The translations under genes and the position numbers were made by a program. Under the pieces are notes generated by a model that saw nothing but the letters and a program-made list of their open reading frames with translations, was not told the origin of the DNA and did no database searches. From contig NC_057719.1 in assembly GCF_004010195.1 (NCBI RefSeq), forward strand, positions 49,665,771 to 49,729,770: a DNA stretch of 64,000 bases, in the 5' to 3' direction. This document shows positions 12,276 to 24,640 of this stretch, one piece after another (the first letter of the stretch is position 1; each line of letters begins with the position of its first letter). Source of the stretch: Chiloscyllium plagiosum (Eukaryota).

Positions 12276-13029
12276 AGTCACCAAAGTATTGATGATCACT
12301 TCAAGAGGAGGAGGAAAAGAAGGAGGATGAGTAAGAAAGAGATAAGAGGAAGAAGCATATCATCATCACTCTGGATGGACTATAGTGAGTTTCTCATCAG
12401 ACTCCACTTCCTGTGAAAAAACATTCAAATAACAGTTGTTCCACAGTTCTGAAATTCTCTATCTTCTATTTTGACCATCAGAAAGTTCTCACTGGCCAAA
12501 CTCCTGAAATAACAGGCATCTTAAACCAATCATTCTACACAAGCTATATCCAATACTTCTGATCAACAAGAATGAACTATTCACCCTTGTGTTTTCCTTG
12601 TTGCCTGTCTTGCCAGTGCCTTTAATTGTGCTAGTCCTCCTATGCAGTGGCTGATCAGAGGTTTCTTCTTGTCTTTTATTTTCCCAGTGCTTCCTCTGGC
12701 TTGCAAGAGATACAGGGAAGCTGGTTCAATTATAAAATGTCTCTGATTTAGTGATTAAAAGTCACAGCTTACAGAAAACTACTGGAGGAAAAATTAACTG
12801 TTTTTCTTCAAGTTTAAAGTGGGCTTTGACTATTAAAAACAGAAAGAGTGTGCCTAAGCTGATATAGATCTGATCACTCCTTATATCTTCTTTCCCACCC
12901 CTGAGTTATTTAATTACCTGACAGCCAATAACACAGTTGTTGGCAGGCAAAAGGACCTTGTCATCAATAACTGGTCACTAATCCATAGACCAATCAACCT
13001 CTGCTTGCCAACTTGTAAACAGAATCCTT

Positions 13030-13305
13030 AGCCCGGGTGTCCTTGGAGAAGGAGCACGCGGTGTCGACCAACACCCTGGAGTTGTTCAGGGAGAGGTGGG
13101 CGCCGCAGGGAGTGGAGCACATCATTTCTCCCTCCAATTCTATTTTGATTTAGTCCCTACCCTCCCCTTCAATGTTTTGATCACACAGCACTGCCCTTTG
13201 ATGTGAAGGGCAGTGTTTGTCACTGGCTACCCGGGTGTTTTCCTATCTTCCTGGTGGTGGAATTTGAATAAAGATTGGTGCACTAAAAAAAAAAATTTAA
13301 AAAAA
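13030..13305 (+). mobile_element. Young 5'-truncated Tx1/L1-clade retrotransposon 3' end with poly(A) and TSD
   Basis: Perfect 14-bp TSD TAAACAGAATCCTT (13016-13029, 13306-13319). Open frame ARVSLEKEHAVSTNTLELFRERWAPQGVEHIISPSNSILI* (13031-13153), AATAAA at 13267-72, A-tail. Confidence 0.85.
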
Positions 13306-13739
13306 TAAACAGAATCCTTTTGACTCCAGGCCACCTGCAACCTGTTCAAGCAGCTGATTATTCAATGCTTGCAATGAGTGGCCGGTTACTAGCTTTTCAA
13401 AACATGAAACAGTCCTTGCAAAACACTAAACTTAAAAAGTTACCTTCCATTTTAACCATTTTCACAATTTTAAAATGCACAAAAACGAAAAGAAACAGAT
13501 TGCAATGCCTAGCCAGGCAGCAGATTTTGTGTATCTGAGAATGTAAATGTGTAGGGAACAGTTGGGTAGGGAAAATGGAGCTGGGGGTAGGGTGAGTGTT
13601 GAAATAGGTGTATAGTTACACAACTTTTAACTTGCATTTCATTGCAGACAGCAGGATGAGACTGAAGAGGGATCTGAGGAAATACATTATACAGAAACAT
13701 ACTATCATTCTAATGTTTTCAGTGAGGCCTATAGCCTTC

Positions 13740-13870
13740 GGGACTGTTGCATCACTAATTCAGAGCACTGGTGTCATGAAACAATGTGTACATCGCTTTG
13801 GCTGCTAAGGGGGAACTCCACAGGACTCTCCAGGGTCTGACTTGTGATTCATGATGATCTGTTGCAAAGG
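13740..13870 (+). mobile_element. Second decayed Harbinger transposase fragment, paralogous to 12130-12240
   Basis: ggtgtcatgaaacaatgtgtacatcgctttggctgctaagggggaactccacaggactctc aligns by eye to 12143-12203. Confidence 0.6.
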
Positions 13871-16110
13871 GCTGTGTACATACCACTGTGCCTGCGGCTT
13901 GCCATCTCTCATGGGCCACCTTGTACAGCAAGAGAGAGGAAAGATAGTGAGTGAGTGTGTTGCAATATATTTGGCTGATGTGCTTGACTTTGCTGAGTTG
14001 AGCTCTTGATGTGGGGCTATCAGTAGTGATAAATGTGTGAGTGTGAGATGAAGCATATGAATGTCTGGCATGAGTCTTGTTTACTGGAAATTGTTGATGA
14101 GTAAACAGTGAAAAGTGGTGATCGTGGTATGCTGGTTAGAAGGTGGCATTTACAAATGCATTCACTGACTTGGACAGCTTATAAGTGGTCATTGAGCCTG
14201 TCTTGGCACTGTAGGCAGATACTTAAGTCCAAACATTGCTCTTTGTGACCATCTGCTCCTACTCCTTTCTGTCTGTTTCTAGAGGCCCAGCCCTAGTTAC
14301 CTGCAGAGAGAAGGCCTCTCTCCACTTTGTGTCTCCAATACTGCATTAGTGGTGCTGAGCACCTTTTTCAATCATGATTACTCATTACATGATTGCTCCA
14401 CTTTCTTCCTTCTGAGAAACTCTTCTACAATCAACTCCAGCCCTGCAGCCAAACTGCATCTCTCTTTCAGCTAGCATTAAGAAATTCAAGCTACTTAATT
14501 GAAACTAGCTTTACAGGTAATGCTGAGCATGCAGAGAATCAGCAGTGCATTTAATGTTGGGCCAAGTGCCACAATCAATGGCCATGAACTTACTGCTAAT
14601 GGGCATTTTCTAATTTTTCACATTTCAGTCAAGATTCTTCAACCTGATTAGAGGTGGAGCATCAGTTTCTCGATGAGACAAGTCCCAGATCCATAATAGA
14701 GGGAGCTATACTGTTTCAAATGTTAGTATCTGTAAATCACACTGCAAACATTCACAGAAGGTCTGTGGAGAGCTGAAAGTGAAATGAACCGTGAACGTTT
14801 ATTTATTGTTGATCACCAAATCCAAGCCAATAAGAATAAATAAGACCAAGGCAAGACCAAAAATTTACAAATCTGCAGCCAGTTTTGTGGATTTTCATTG
14901 AAGGTTTGAAAGGAATGGCCGAAAACAATGATAGTTGAACTGCCACCTGCAAGACCATTGATGTAAGAGGACAGGGCTAAAGGATTGGGGTCGTATAGTG
15001 AGACATTCCCATTCTTAGAGCCTCAATTAACCTAACAGTCTTTTCACACAGCTTCACATGGTCTTACAGCTTCTCTGGTCAGAAAACAATTGTTACCTAG
15101 GATTTGTTAAGAGCAAATGATTTTATTTTCTGTATTTTTGGTTGTGAACTGAAATGAAAGAAAGGACTACGTTAAAAGCAAGCACTGTAGAAGGAACTTC
15201 TTCCATTTTTAAAAACAAGTCATGGAAACTCATCATATATGGTGTTAATGTTGCTGCTTTGTTCAAGCAGAGGGGTATGCTGTTATATATAGGCCACTAT
15301 CAGAAATGAGCATGCAAAATGAGCTTCAGCCAACAATAAATAGCTGATTGATTTGTGTAGTTGTGACTGTCATGGATACCAAAGACCATCAGTCTGACAA
15401 CAATTCTGTTAGTTCCTGGACAACTGAATAGCATGTGGTTGTGATTGATACAGTTAGAAGCCTGAATACATCTGGAAAGGAAGGTAGTGCATTTCTCCAG
15501 AAAAAACAGATGAAACTAAAGAAAGCCAGTTGTTTTCCCTGACATCTGCTGTTCCTTTTAATCAGTGAGTCAGGGACTTCATAATTTATTGACCAGTCAC
15601 TCTATGCTTTCTGTGAAGCATTGAAGGAACTGAAGGAAAAGAGAATTAAAAGATTTAGGAAACAAAAGGAACACCCCATTGAATCCTGAGGACTGGTGCT
15701 TTTGACTTGTTTCCATAATATTCTTTCCCCTTTATCCACCACCTCCATGTTACTTTGATTGTTTGTGTCTATCAGAAGGGAGTTAGAGTTTTAACTAGTG
15801 TAGTTATATCTTGATAATTCATAGTTGTTTACCTGGGGTTAGAATCTATTTGTTTGTAATACTGTACATAATAATTCTTGTTAAGTACAGAAACCTGGCC
15901 CATGTTTCCTGTCAATCTGAATCTATCAAACAGGTAAAGTAGGAACTTTGTTTGTATTGATTACAAAATGTATTTAATGTCTCCAGGAACAGTGCACCAC
16001 CCAAACAGATTCCAGAATTTTAAAAATTCTTTTAACAGATGTGGGCTTCACTGGCTGGGCAAGCACTTATTTATATTTCTAGTCGTGTTTGAATAGGTGC
16101 CCAAATGGCA

Positions 16111-16715
16111 TGATGTAGGTTCCTTGGCTCAAGGAGACTCTGTCCTCGACATTTTTCAGAGATGCAATAAACAGGGCCAGGCTCCGATCAGTCTGATTTG
16201 GTACAGAGATGAAAAGGATTTTGAGAGGCCTTTTGTTTCTTTGTAAACAGATGAGACTTCAGGCCAAAGTGGTCCTGTTTTAGAAGTGACCTGTATAATG
16301 AAAGGGAAGTGGTCAGCTCTCTAGCTGAGCAGTTTAGTTCAGGTGAGGTGTTCAACAGGGAGATGTGTTGAAACTCTCTCTCTTTTTCTGACCTTCAACT
16401 TCAACCTGGAAGCATGTGTTCCATTTATACTGCTTTTTAAAGGGAGTTTGCTTATTGGGACTGTTGTGTATATTTGGAACAGCATAATTAAGTCAAGTTG
16501 GATAGGTTGAGTTCTGTAGGAGTTCTCTATTTGGTTCTTTCTGTTTCATTGTGTAATTTTGTGAATAATGCTTTGTCTGTTTTAAAATCTAGTAGCCAAT
16601 CTAGGTAACTTAATCCGAGTAACTTTCACTGTACACTTACTGAAACAAATTGCAAAGTTATGGTCTGAGCCACCTGCTTAAGAAGGTTTTGAGTGATATG
16701 GCTTAGTCCATAACA
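16111..16715 (+). mobile_element. Probable solo LTR
   Basis: TG...CATAACA ends, internal TATA-like motif and CT tract. 3' part resembles 33100-33427. No clear TSD. Confidence 0.45.
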
Positions 16716-17482
16716 GTATGTAGATAGCACCTAACCTGCACTCAGGTCATTCCATTGTTCTGCATAGTTAGTTTATTTACTTTATGGGTTATCACTAATA
16801 AAGGTCATCAACCCCCACTCATTAACTCTGTTTCTTTTTGCACAGACACTGCCTGACTTGATGAGTGTTTCCAGCATTTTCTGCTTACATAATGTTAAAC
16901 TTGAAAATATAAATTTAAACTTAAACAGGAAAGCTTGAAGTCACTATGTTTTGAATTCTTTACAAGCTAATGTGGAATCTTCAGCCAGGATTGGATACGT
17001 TCAGGTGTTCCTAAATGGTGAAAAACATGGTTGTGCTGTTGTTAAGACCTCTCAGGTTAATTGTTCAATATAAATCTGAGATTTAGTAAAAAGTAAAAAA
17101 GTTAAAACGTCGCACAGTTAGAAGGTTCCAGCTTTATGTATATATGATGGAAATGCATTGGTTGTACAAGGCATGTTTGGGGTAATGGTTTTTTGTATAT
17201 ACAAGTGTGTGACATTTAGTTTGATTTTGGAAACAGATTGGACTATAACAACTTTTTTCACTTTGTGCAAGTGTGCTCAATGATAATTAGAGCTCTCTAA
17301 AATTGCACTGTCTTATGTATTGACTCACAAAATCTTATTCATGAAAAGTACTACGAATGGACAATTAAAATTTAAACGTCATGAAGGTAAATTGTAATTC
17401 AAATGAAATAGCATTGGTTTGTTATTTCAGGATACCAGTAAAGAACCAAATAGTTTTCTAAAAAAGCATTGAAACCACCTAC

Positions 17483-17675
17483 CTAACCAAAGGCCAGCCA
17501 CACCGCAAAGGTATCCCCAAGGTAAAGCAGAGAATGAGGACCAGTACTCCACTTTCGTAAAGTACAGTATAACTGGTGCAGATGATATGAAAATTAAATT
17601 GAAGAAACCCAGTGTAGAAATGAAATATGCAGCTTCTCCAAAGTTTGCACTTCCAAGAAACATTTTAAATAAAAC
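17483..17675 (-). CDS. SLC35F4: SLC35F4 coding exon (193 nt)
   Basis: ttccag|GTT TTA TTT AAA...TGG TTA G|gtaggt. VLFKMFLGSANFGEAAYFISTLGFFNLIFISSAPVILYFTKVEYWSSFSALPWGYLCGVAGLWL (inside ORF 17427..17699). Confidence 0.95.
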
Positions 17676-17829
17676 CTGGAAGGAATATAAGAAAATCAAT
17701 ATGAAGTTATCTGTAATGTGTTAAATTCACTAAAGGCAACTGAATATGATTTATTTAATAATAAAAATAAATTGTAATCTAACCATTTAATCAAACAAGG
17801 TCTTAAGTACAGTTATAATATTTGCATTT

Positions 17830-19135
17830 ATCATCTAAGTACACCTTTGCTCCGTACATCCAAGCCATTGATGGAAACTGTAAAGCACAGCACAAACCCC
17901 TGCAGGACTTTACTTATCTCTATGTTCTGCCAATCAGGCAAAGATCCATTTATGCATTTTGTTTGTTTTCTGCCAGGCAGCCAGCCTTTATCCATGCTAA
18001 TATGTAACACCCTACACCATAAGCTTTCATTTTCCGTAATAATGTTTGATGTGGTACCTTTTCAAATGCCTTCTCAAAATCCAAGAACAGTACATTGCAT
18101 CTAAGGCTCATCTTTATCCACAGTGTATCTTATTTCTTCAAAGAACTCCAATACATTGGTTAAACATGATTTCCCTTTGACAAAATCATTTTGACTCTTC
18201 CTGGTTATATTGAGCTTTTTGAAGTGCATGGGGAAAAACACTTTAATGATTGATTCTAACATTTCCCTATGACAGATGTCAAACTAACTGACTTATGGTT
18301 TCCTGTTTTCTGCCTCCCTTCCTTTAATAGCGGGTTATATTTGCTATTTTCCAGTTTGATAGAACCTTTCCTGAATCATCTACTACCTCATTAGTTACCT
18401 TTTTTCAGACTCGAGAATGAGGTCCATCTCCAATCAGAAACATGTCAGCCTGAAGCTCCATCACTTTGTTTAATACCATTTCCCTTGTGTTTGTAATTGC
18501 ACTAAGTTCCTCTCTCCTTTCTATCTCTTGAATTACAGCTAATACTGGAATATCTTTTGTATCCTCCATAGTGAAGACAGAAGCAAAATATGTTTTTATT
18601 TCATCTGGCTTTTTCTTACTATCCACTATTAATTCCTATTTCTCACTCTTTATGGGACTAACTCTCAGTTTGCTTATTCTTTTCCTTGTCAAATAACTTT
18701 AGAAACTCTTGCACTCCCCCATTTTTACATTTCTTCTTATACCTTATTTCTTCTGATGAATCTTTTTGTCTCTCTGCCATTCATCTTTATGCAATTATAT
18801 GATTTTTCCTTAAATTTGACACTTTTCCAAACTTATTTAGTTAACCATAGGCCCTCCTTTTAATTTTTTTCTTTATAATAGGAGTATATTTATTTGGAAT
18901 ATTCTGAAATAACCCCTGAAATGTCTGCCACTCATCTATTTTGATCTAAAGCCTGGCATGCCAGTCCACTTTAATGAGCTAAGATTTCGTTCCCACATAG
19001 CTGGCCTCTTCTTGAGTTTAAAATATTAGTCTAATAACTAATCTTTTCCCTTTCAAACTGGATGTAAAATTCATATTGTAGTCGCTGTATTTCAGGGATG
19101 ACTTAACTCTGAGGTCATTAATTAATCCTATCATG
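17830..19135 (-). mobile_element. Old decayed CR1 ORF2 fragment
   Basis: Minus strand YFASVFTMEDT, RPVSLTS-like and FDKVPH-like remnants. Confidence 0.7.
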
Positions 19136-19151
19136 TTCAATCCTTTGTTAT

Positions 19152-19715
19152 AGAAGCATAGAGACTTACAGACCCTTTGAACTGGAAACAGACCCTTTGG
19201 TCAAACCAGTCCATGCTGATCATGGTCCTGAACTAAACTAGTCCCACCTGCCTGTGATTGGCCTATATCACTCCAAACTTTTCCCATTCATGAACTTATC
19301 CAAATATCTTTTAAACATTGTAACTGTACCTGCATCCACCACTTTCTCTGGCAGGTCATTCCACACATGAACCATTCGCTGTGTAAAAAAGTTGCCCCTC
19401 ATGTCCTTTATAAATCTTTCTCCTCTCACCTTAAATTACAGCCCCTAGTTCTGAACTCTTCCACCCTAGGGAAAAGACCCTTGTCATTCACCTTATCTAT
19501 ACCCCTCATGATTTTATAAACCTCAATAAAACCTCAGCCTCTTATGCTCCAGTGAGAAAGGTCCCAGCCTTTCCACTCTATTATTATATCTCAAATACTC
19601 CATTCCCGGCAAGATCTTGTAAATCGTTGGTGATCCCTCTCCAGTTTAATAATATCCTTCCTATATCAGGGTGACCAGAACTGAACACAATACTCCAGAA
19701 GAGGCCTCATCTACT
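19152..19715 (-). mobile_element. CR1 3' end
   Basis: Reverse complement of the CR1 tail seen at 9200-9740. Confidence 0.85.
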
Positions 19716-19796
19716 CCTCTGGAAAACAATGACCTTTTGGTTTATCTCAGAGAGTTACCAGGGTCCACTCTGATTCTTTTACTTATCCAGTTGGTT

Positions 19797-19932
19797 TATG
19801 GATGGGTATATGAATAGGAAGGGTTTGGAGGGATATGGGCCGGGTGCTGGCAGGTAGGACTAGATTGGGTTGGCATGGACGGGTTGGACCAAAGGGTCTG
19901 TTTCCATGCTGTACATCTCTATGACTCTATCT
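19797..19932 (+). mobile_element. Short CR1 3' tail
   Basis: gggtctgtttccatgctgtacatctctatgactctat. Near-identical to the reverse complement of 42590-42730. Confidence 0.85.
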
Positions 19933-20389
19933 ATCACAGCAAGCAGTTGAATACACTACAGGAACTTGGCAGCTGGATCAGTTTCACATGTTCTCACAAA
20001 TGTTTTTCTTACCAAATAATTGTTTTATCTCAAGACAAACAAATATAGTGTCACAGAAAAACGGTCCCAGATTGAATGGATTAATAACTGTATGTGTTGT
20101 TACATTCAAGCAATTCCAATCTCATGGGAGATTTATCAGCAGATGAAATTCGGAAGGGCTGCTGACACTAAGAGCTAAATTAGGCAGACTGTGAAATTCC
20201 CTGTCTTGCTAAAGCTTGAATAATCGGCTTAAATTCAAGATTTCATGATGTACCTGGTGAACTTTTCAAAATAGGGAAATTTAACCAGTAACCCAGGATC
20301 AAGTGGTATTTTCATTTTTTCTGAAAAGGATGGAGGTTTGAATAGGAACATAAAATTGGCAATATCACATTAGTGGCCATTCTACACTT

Positions 20390-20765
20390 TGTGTAGATGA
20401 AGGGGAATCTGTAAATGTGGCGTACTTGGATTTTCAAAGACATTGGAGAAGGTCAAAGGCCATTACAAAATAAGAGCTCACAGTTTAGAAGTACGCATTT
20501 AGGATTGCTTAGCTAACAGGAAGAAGAGAGTAGTGATAAACAAGCCATTTGAAGATTGTTTAGCTTTAACTAGTGGAATGCCAGTGGGATGAGTGCTGGG
20601 GCCACAACTATTTACAATATCTGTGAATGACTTGGATGAAAGGACCAACAGTATGATAGCCAAATTTGCTGATGACACAAAGAAAGATAGGAAAGTAAAT
20701 TGTCAAGGAAAAACATTTACAAAGGGATATAGATAGGTTACATGAATGGGAAAAATGACAGCTGG
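20390..20765 (+). mobile_element. Old CR1 RT fragment, apparently continued at 24395-24640 and 27124-27335
   Basis: YLDFQ, LGPQLFTISVNDLDE, KFADDT motifs. The downstream pieces resume colinearly after younger insertions. Confidence 0.65.
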
Positions 20766-20959
20766 CAGGGACAAAACTCACAGGTGGTTCTGCTTCTGGT
20801 ACCTGCCCTTTTGGCTGCATGGGCTTCTGAGGTCTGTGCGCATCAGCAACTTCCAGAACCACGATTACCTTGTCAACATTTTCAGCAGCCGGAGTGGTGA
20901 GAGCATAGATCAGGAGGCTGCCGGGTAGGTAGGTTTCCCTCATAAAGCCTTAACACGTG

Positions 20960-23900
20960 AATAGGAGGAGCAAAGGCTCTACAGGAATGGATGCAGACAC
21001 AGGGATTGCTGGGCACGTGGACTGTTATATTTGGGCTGGGGCTAAACCCGAGGCACTACACGTGAGGTGTCTCCCACCCGTCCTCCTGCTCTAACAAAAA
21101 ACAGACCGTGTGTGGATGGTTAGTAAAGTAAGGCTTTTTTTTTCATTTATCCAATCTCTCTTGGCAATTTAGAGCAGAGGGGATGGAGGCTAGGGTAGTC
21201 ATATGCTCCTCTTGCAGGATGTGGGAGGTAAGGGTCACCACTGGTGTCCCTGCTGACTTCAACTGCAAGAAGTGCACCCAACTACAGCTCCTCACAGACT
21301 GTATGAGGGAACTGGAGCTGGAGCTGGAAGAATTTCAGATCATTCAGGAGGCTAAGGGGATGATAGAGAAGAGTTATAGGAAGGTACTCACACCTAAGTA
21401 ACAGGATAAAGGTAGCTGGGTGACCGTCAAGAGAGGGAAAGAGAATAGCCAGACAGTGCAGGGATCCTTTGTAGCTACTTCCACAATAATAAGTATACCA
21501 TTTTGGATACTATGGGGGGGAATGATCTACCAGGGGAAAGCCTCAGCAGGAAGGTTCCTGGCATTGAGCCTGGCTCTGTGGCTCAGAAGGGAAGGGGGAA
21601 GAATAGAAGAGCGATAGTGTTAGGAGATTCAATGATTAGAGGAACAGACAGGAGATTCCGTGGTCGCGAGTGAGACTCCTGGATGGTATGTTACCTCCAG
21701 AGTACTAGAGTCAGGGATATCTTGTATCAAGTCTACAGGATTTTTAAGGGGGAAGAGGAACAGCCAGAAGTCATGGTACACGTCAGTACCAAAGACATAG
21801 CTAAGAAAAGGGAAAGGGAGGAGGACCTGAAAAGAGAATATAGGGAGTTAGTTTGGAAGCTAGAAGGCAGGATGAGCAGAGTAGTAATCTCAGGATTGCT
21901 ACCGGTGCCATGGGCTAGTGAGGCTAGGAATAGAGAGTGAGTGCCGATGAACACATGACTGCAGGGCTTGTGTAGGAGGGAGGACTTCAAATATGTGTAT
22001 CATTGGGATCCTTCTGGGGAAGATGGGACCAGTACAAGAAGGATGAGTTGCACCTGAACTGGTGGGGCACTAATATTCTGGGCAGGAAGTTTGCGAGGGT
22101 TCTTTGGGAGGGTTTAAACTAGATTGGCAAGGGGGTTTAGGAACCGGAGCTATGGATCAGATGATGGAGTAGGTAGTGAACAGCGTGCTGCGAGTCTGTT
22201 AGGAGGGATAGACACTGGATAGGGCAAAGGTGCAGTCAGTGTATTGGGTTGAAGTGTGTCTATCTTAATGCAAAATGTATCAGGAATAAGGGTGATGAGC
22301 TTAGAACATGGATCAATACTTGGAACTATGATGTTGTGGCCATTACGGAGACTTGGATATCACAGGGGCATGAATGCTTGTTGGATGTTCCAGGGTTTGT
22401 ATGTTTCAAAAGGGGGTAGGTAAAAGAGGTGGAGGAGTGACATTGCTAATCAGGGATAGTATCACAGCTGCAGAAAGGGAGGTTGTCGAGGAGTTTGTCG
22501 AGAGTCAGCATGGGTGGAAGTCAGAAACAGGAATGGAGCAGTCACTTTATTGGGAATTTCTACAGACGCCCCAAAAGCAAGAGATGTGGAGGTGCAGTTG
22601 GGAGACAGATTTTGCAAAGATGCAGAAGTAACAGCGTTGTTGTCATGGGTGATTTTAACTTCCCTAATTTTGATTGGAGCCTTCTTAGTTCAAATAATTT
22701 GGATGGAGCAGTTTTTGACACGTGTGTCCAGGAAGGGTTCCTGACTCAATATGTAGATAGGCTGACTAGAGGGGAAGCCATACTGGATTTGGTGCTTGGC
22801 AATGAGCCATGCCAGGTGTCAGATCTCTCAATGGGAGAGCATTTCATTGATAGGATTACAACTCCCTGACCTTTATCATACTCATGGAGAGGGATAGGAA
22901 CAGACGGTATGAGAAAGCATTTAATTGGGGGAGGGGGAATCACAATGGTATTAGGCAGGAACTGGGGTGCCTAGACTGGGAACAGATGTTCTCAGGGAAA
23001 TGCACAACAGAAATGTGGAGGTGTTTAAGAAGCACTTGCTGTGAGTGCTGGACAGGTTTGTCCCATGGAGGCAAGGAAGGGATCGTAAGGTGAAAGAACC
23101 TTGGGTGACAAGGGATGTGGAACACTTAGTAAGGAGGGAGAAGGAAGCTCACTTAAGGTTGAGGAGGCAAGGATCAGACAGGGCTTTAGATGGTTACAAG
23201 GTAGCCAGGAAGGAACTGAAGAGTAGACTTAGGAGAGCTAGAAGGGGGCATGAAAAAGCTTTAGCAGGTAGGATTAAGGAAAACCCTAAGATATTCTACA
23301 CTTAAACGAGAAACAAAAGGATGGCCAGAGTGAGGGTGCGGCCGATCTGGGAGAGTGGAAGGAACTTGCACCGGGAGTCAGATGAGGTAGCAGTGGTCCT
23401 TTAATGAATACTTTGCTTCAGTATTCACTGCTGAGAGGGACCTTGACATTTCTGAGGACAGTGTGAAACAGACTGATATGTTAGAACAGGTTGATGTTAA
23501 GAAGGAGGATGTGCTGAAAATTTTGAAATACATAAGGATGGATTAATCCCCTAGGCCAGACGGGATAGGCTAGAAGAAGCAAGGTAAAATATTGCTGCTC
23601 CTTTTGCGATGATCTTTGCATCCTCACTGTCTACTGGAGTGGTGCCAGATGATGGGAGGGTGGCAAATGTTATTCCCTTGTTCAAGAAAGGGAATAGGGA
23701 TAATCCTGGGAATACCGAAGGGTCTGTTTCCATGCTATACATCTCTCTGACTCTATGACTCTACAGACCAGTCAGTCTTAGGTCTGTGGTTGGCAAAGTA
23801 TTGCAGAGAATTCTGAGAGACAGGATTTATGAATACTTGGAAAACCATAGTTTGATCAGAGATAGTCAGCATGGCTTTGTGAGGGGCAGGTCATGCCTCA

Positions 23901-24260
23901 CAAACCTTATTTAATTCTTTGAGGATTTGACAAACTGCATTGACAAAGGTAGAGCAGTGGATGTGGTGTACATGGAATTTAGCAAGGCATTTGATAAGGT
24001 TCCCCATGGTAGCATCATTCAAAAAGTAAGTCGGCTTTGGATACAGGGAAACCTAGCTGTCTGGATAGAGAATTGGCTGGCCCAAAGGAGACAGAGGGTA
24101 ATAGTAGATGGAAAGTATTCAGCCTAGAGCTCGGTGATCAGTGGTTGTTCCTGCAGGGATCGGTTCTGGGCCCTCTGCTCTTTGTGATTTTTATAAATTA
24201 CCTGGATGAGGAAGTGGAAGGGTGGGTTAGTAAGTTTTTTGGTTGGTGAAGTTGTGGATA
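20960..24260 (+). mobile_element. CR1 LINE, 5'UTR-ORF1 (zinc finger, esterase)-ORF2 (APE, RT to KF), 3'-truncated, frameshifted
   Basis: CSSCRMWE...CKKCTQLQLL, VLGDSMIRG, VVISGLLPVP, GDFNFP, YRPVSL, FSKAFDKVPH, QGSVLGPLLF. Confidence 0.92.
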
Positions 24261-24640
24261 CCTTATGGTATATGTACATGCAGCTTAGATGGAACATTGG
24301 TGCTGGGCTTCAACCCTGATCCCAGCAGATTCCTGAGAGCTCCAGGCCCCTGTTATTAAACTCTTTATACTCCAACTGCCAGAGCGTAGATAAGATGGGA
24401 AATGAGAACTTGTCCACTTTGGCAGGAAGGATAGAAAAGCAGTATACTATGAAATAAAGAAATACTTCAGAACCCAAAGGTTAGCCCTGTACCATTGAAA
24501 TTTGGAAGAGTGAGATTCTCTCATGGAAGCATGTAAGATCCTCATGGAATTTGATAGGGTGGGTGCTGAGAGCATATGGGAGACACCAGAATTCGGGAAC
24601 ATAGTTTAAAAATTAAAGGTCTTCAATCAAAACAGTGATA

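Noticed and set aside
19152..19932. Divergently oriented CR1 3' ends resembling a twin-priming inversion
   Set aside because: Both pieces contain their own 3' tail and differ in sequence, so they are independent insertions.
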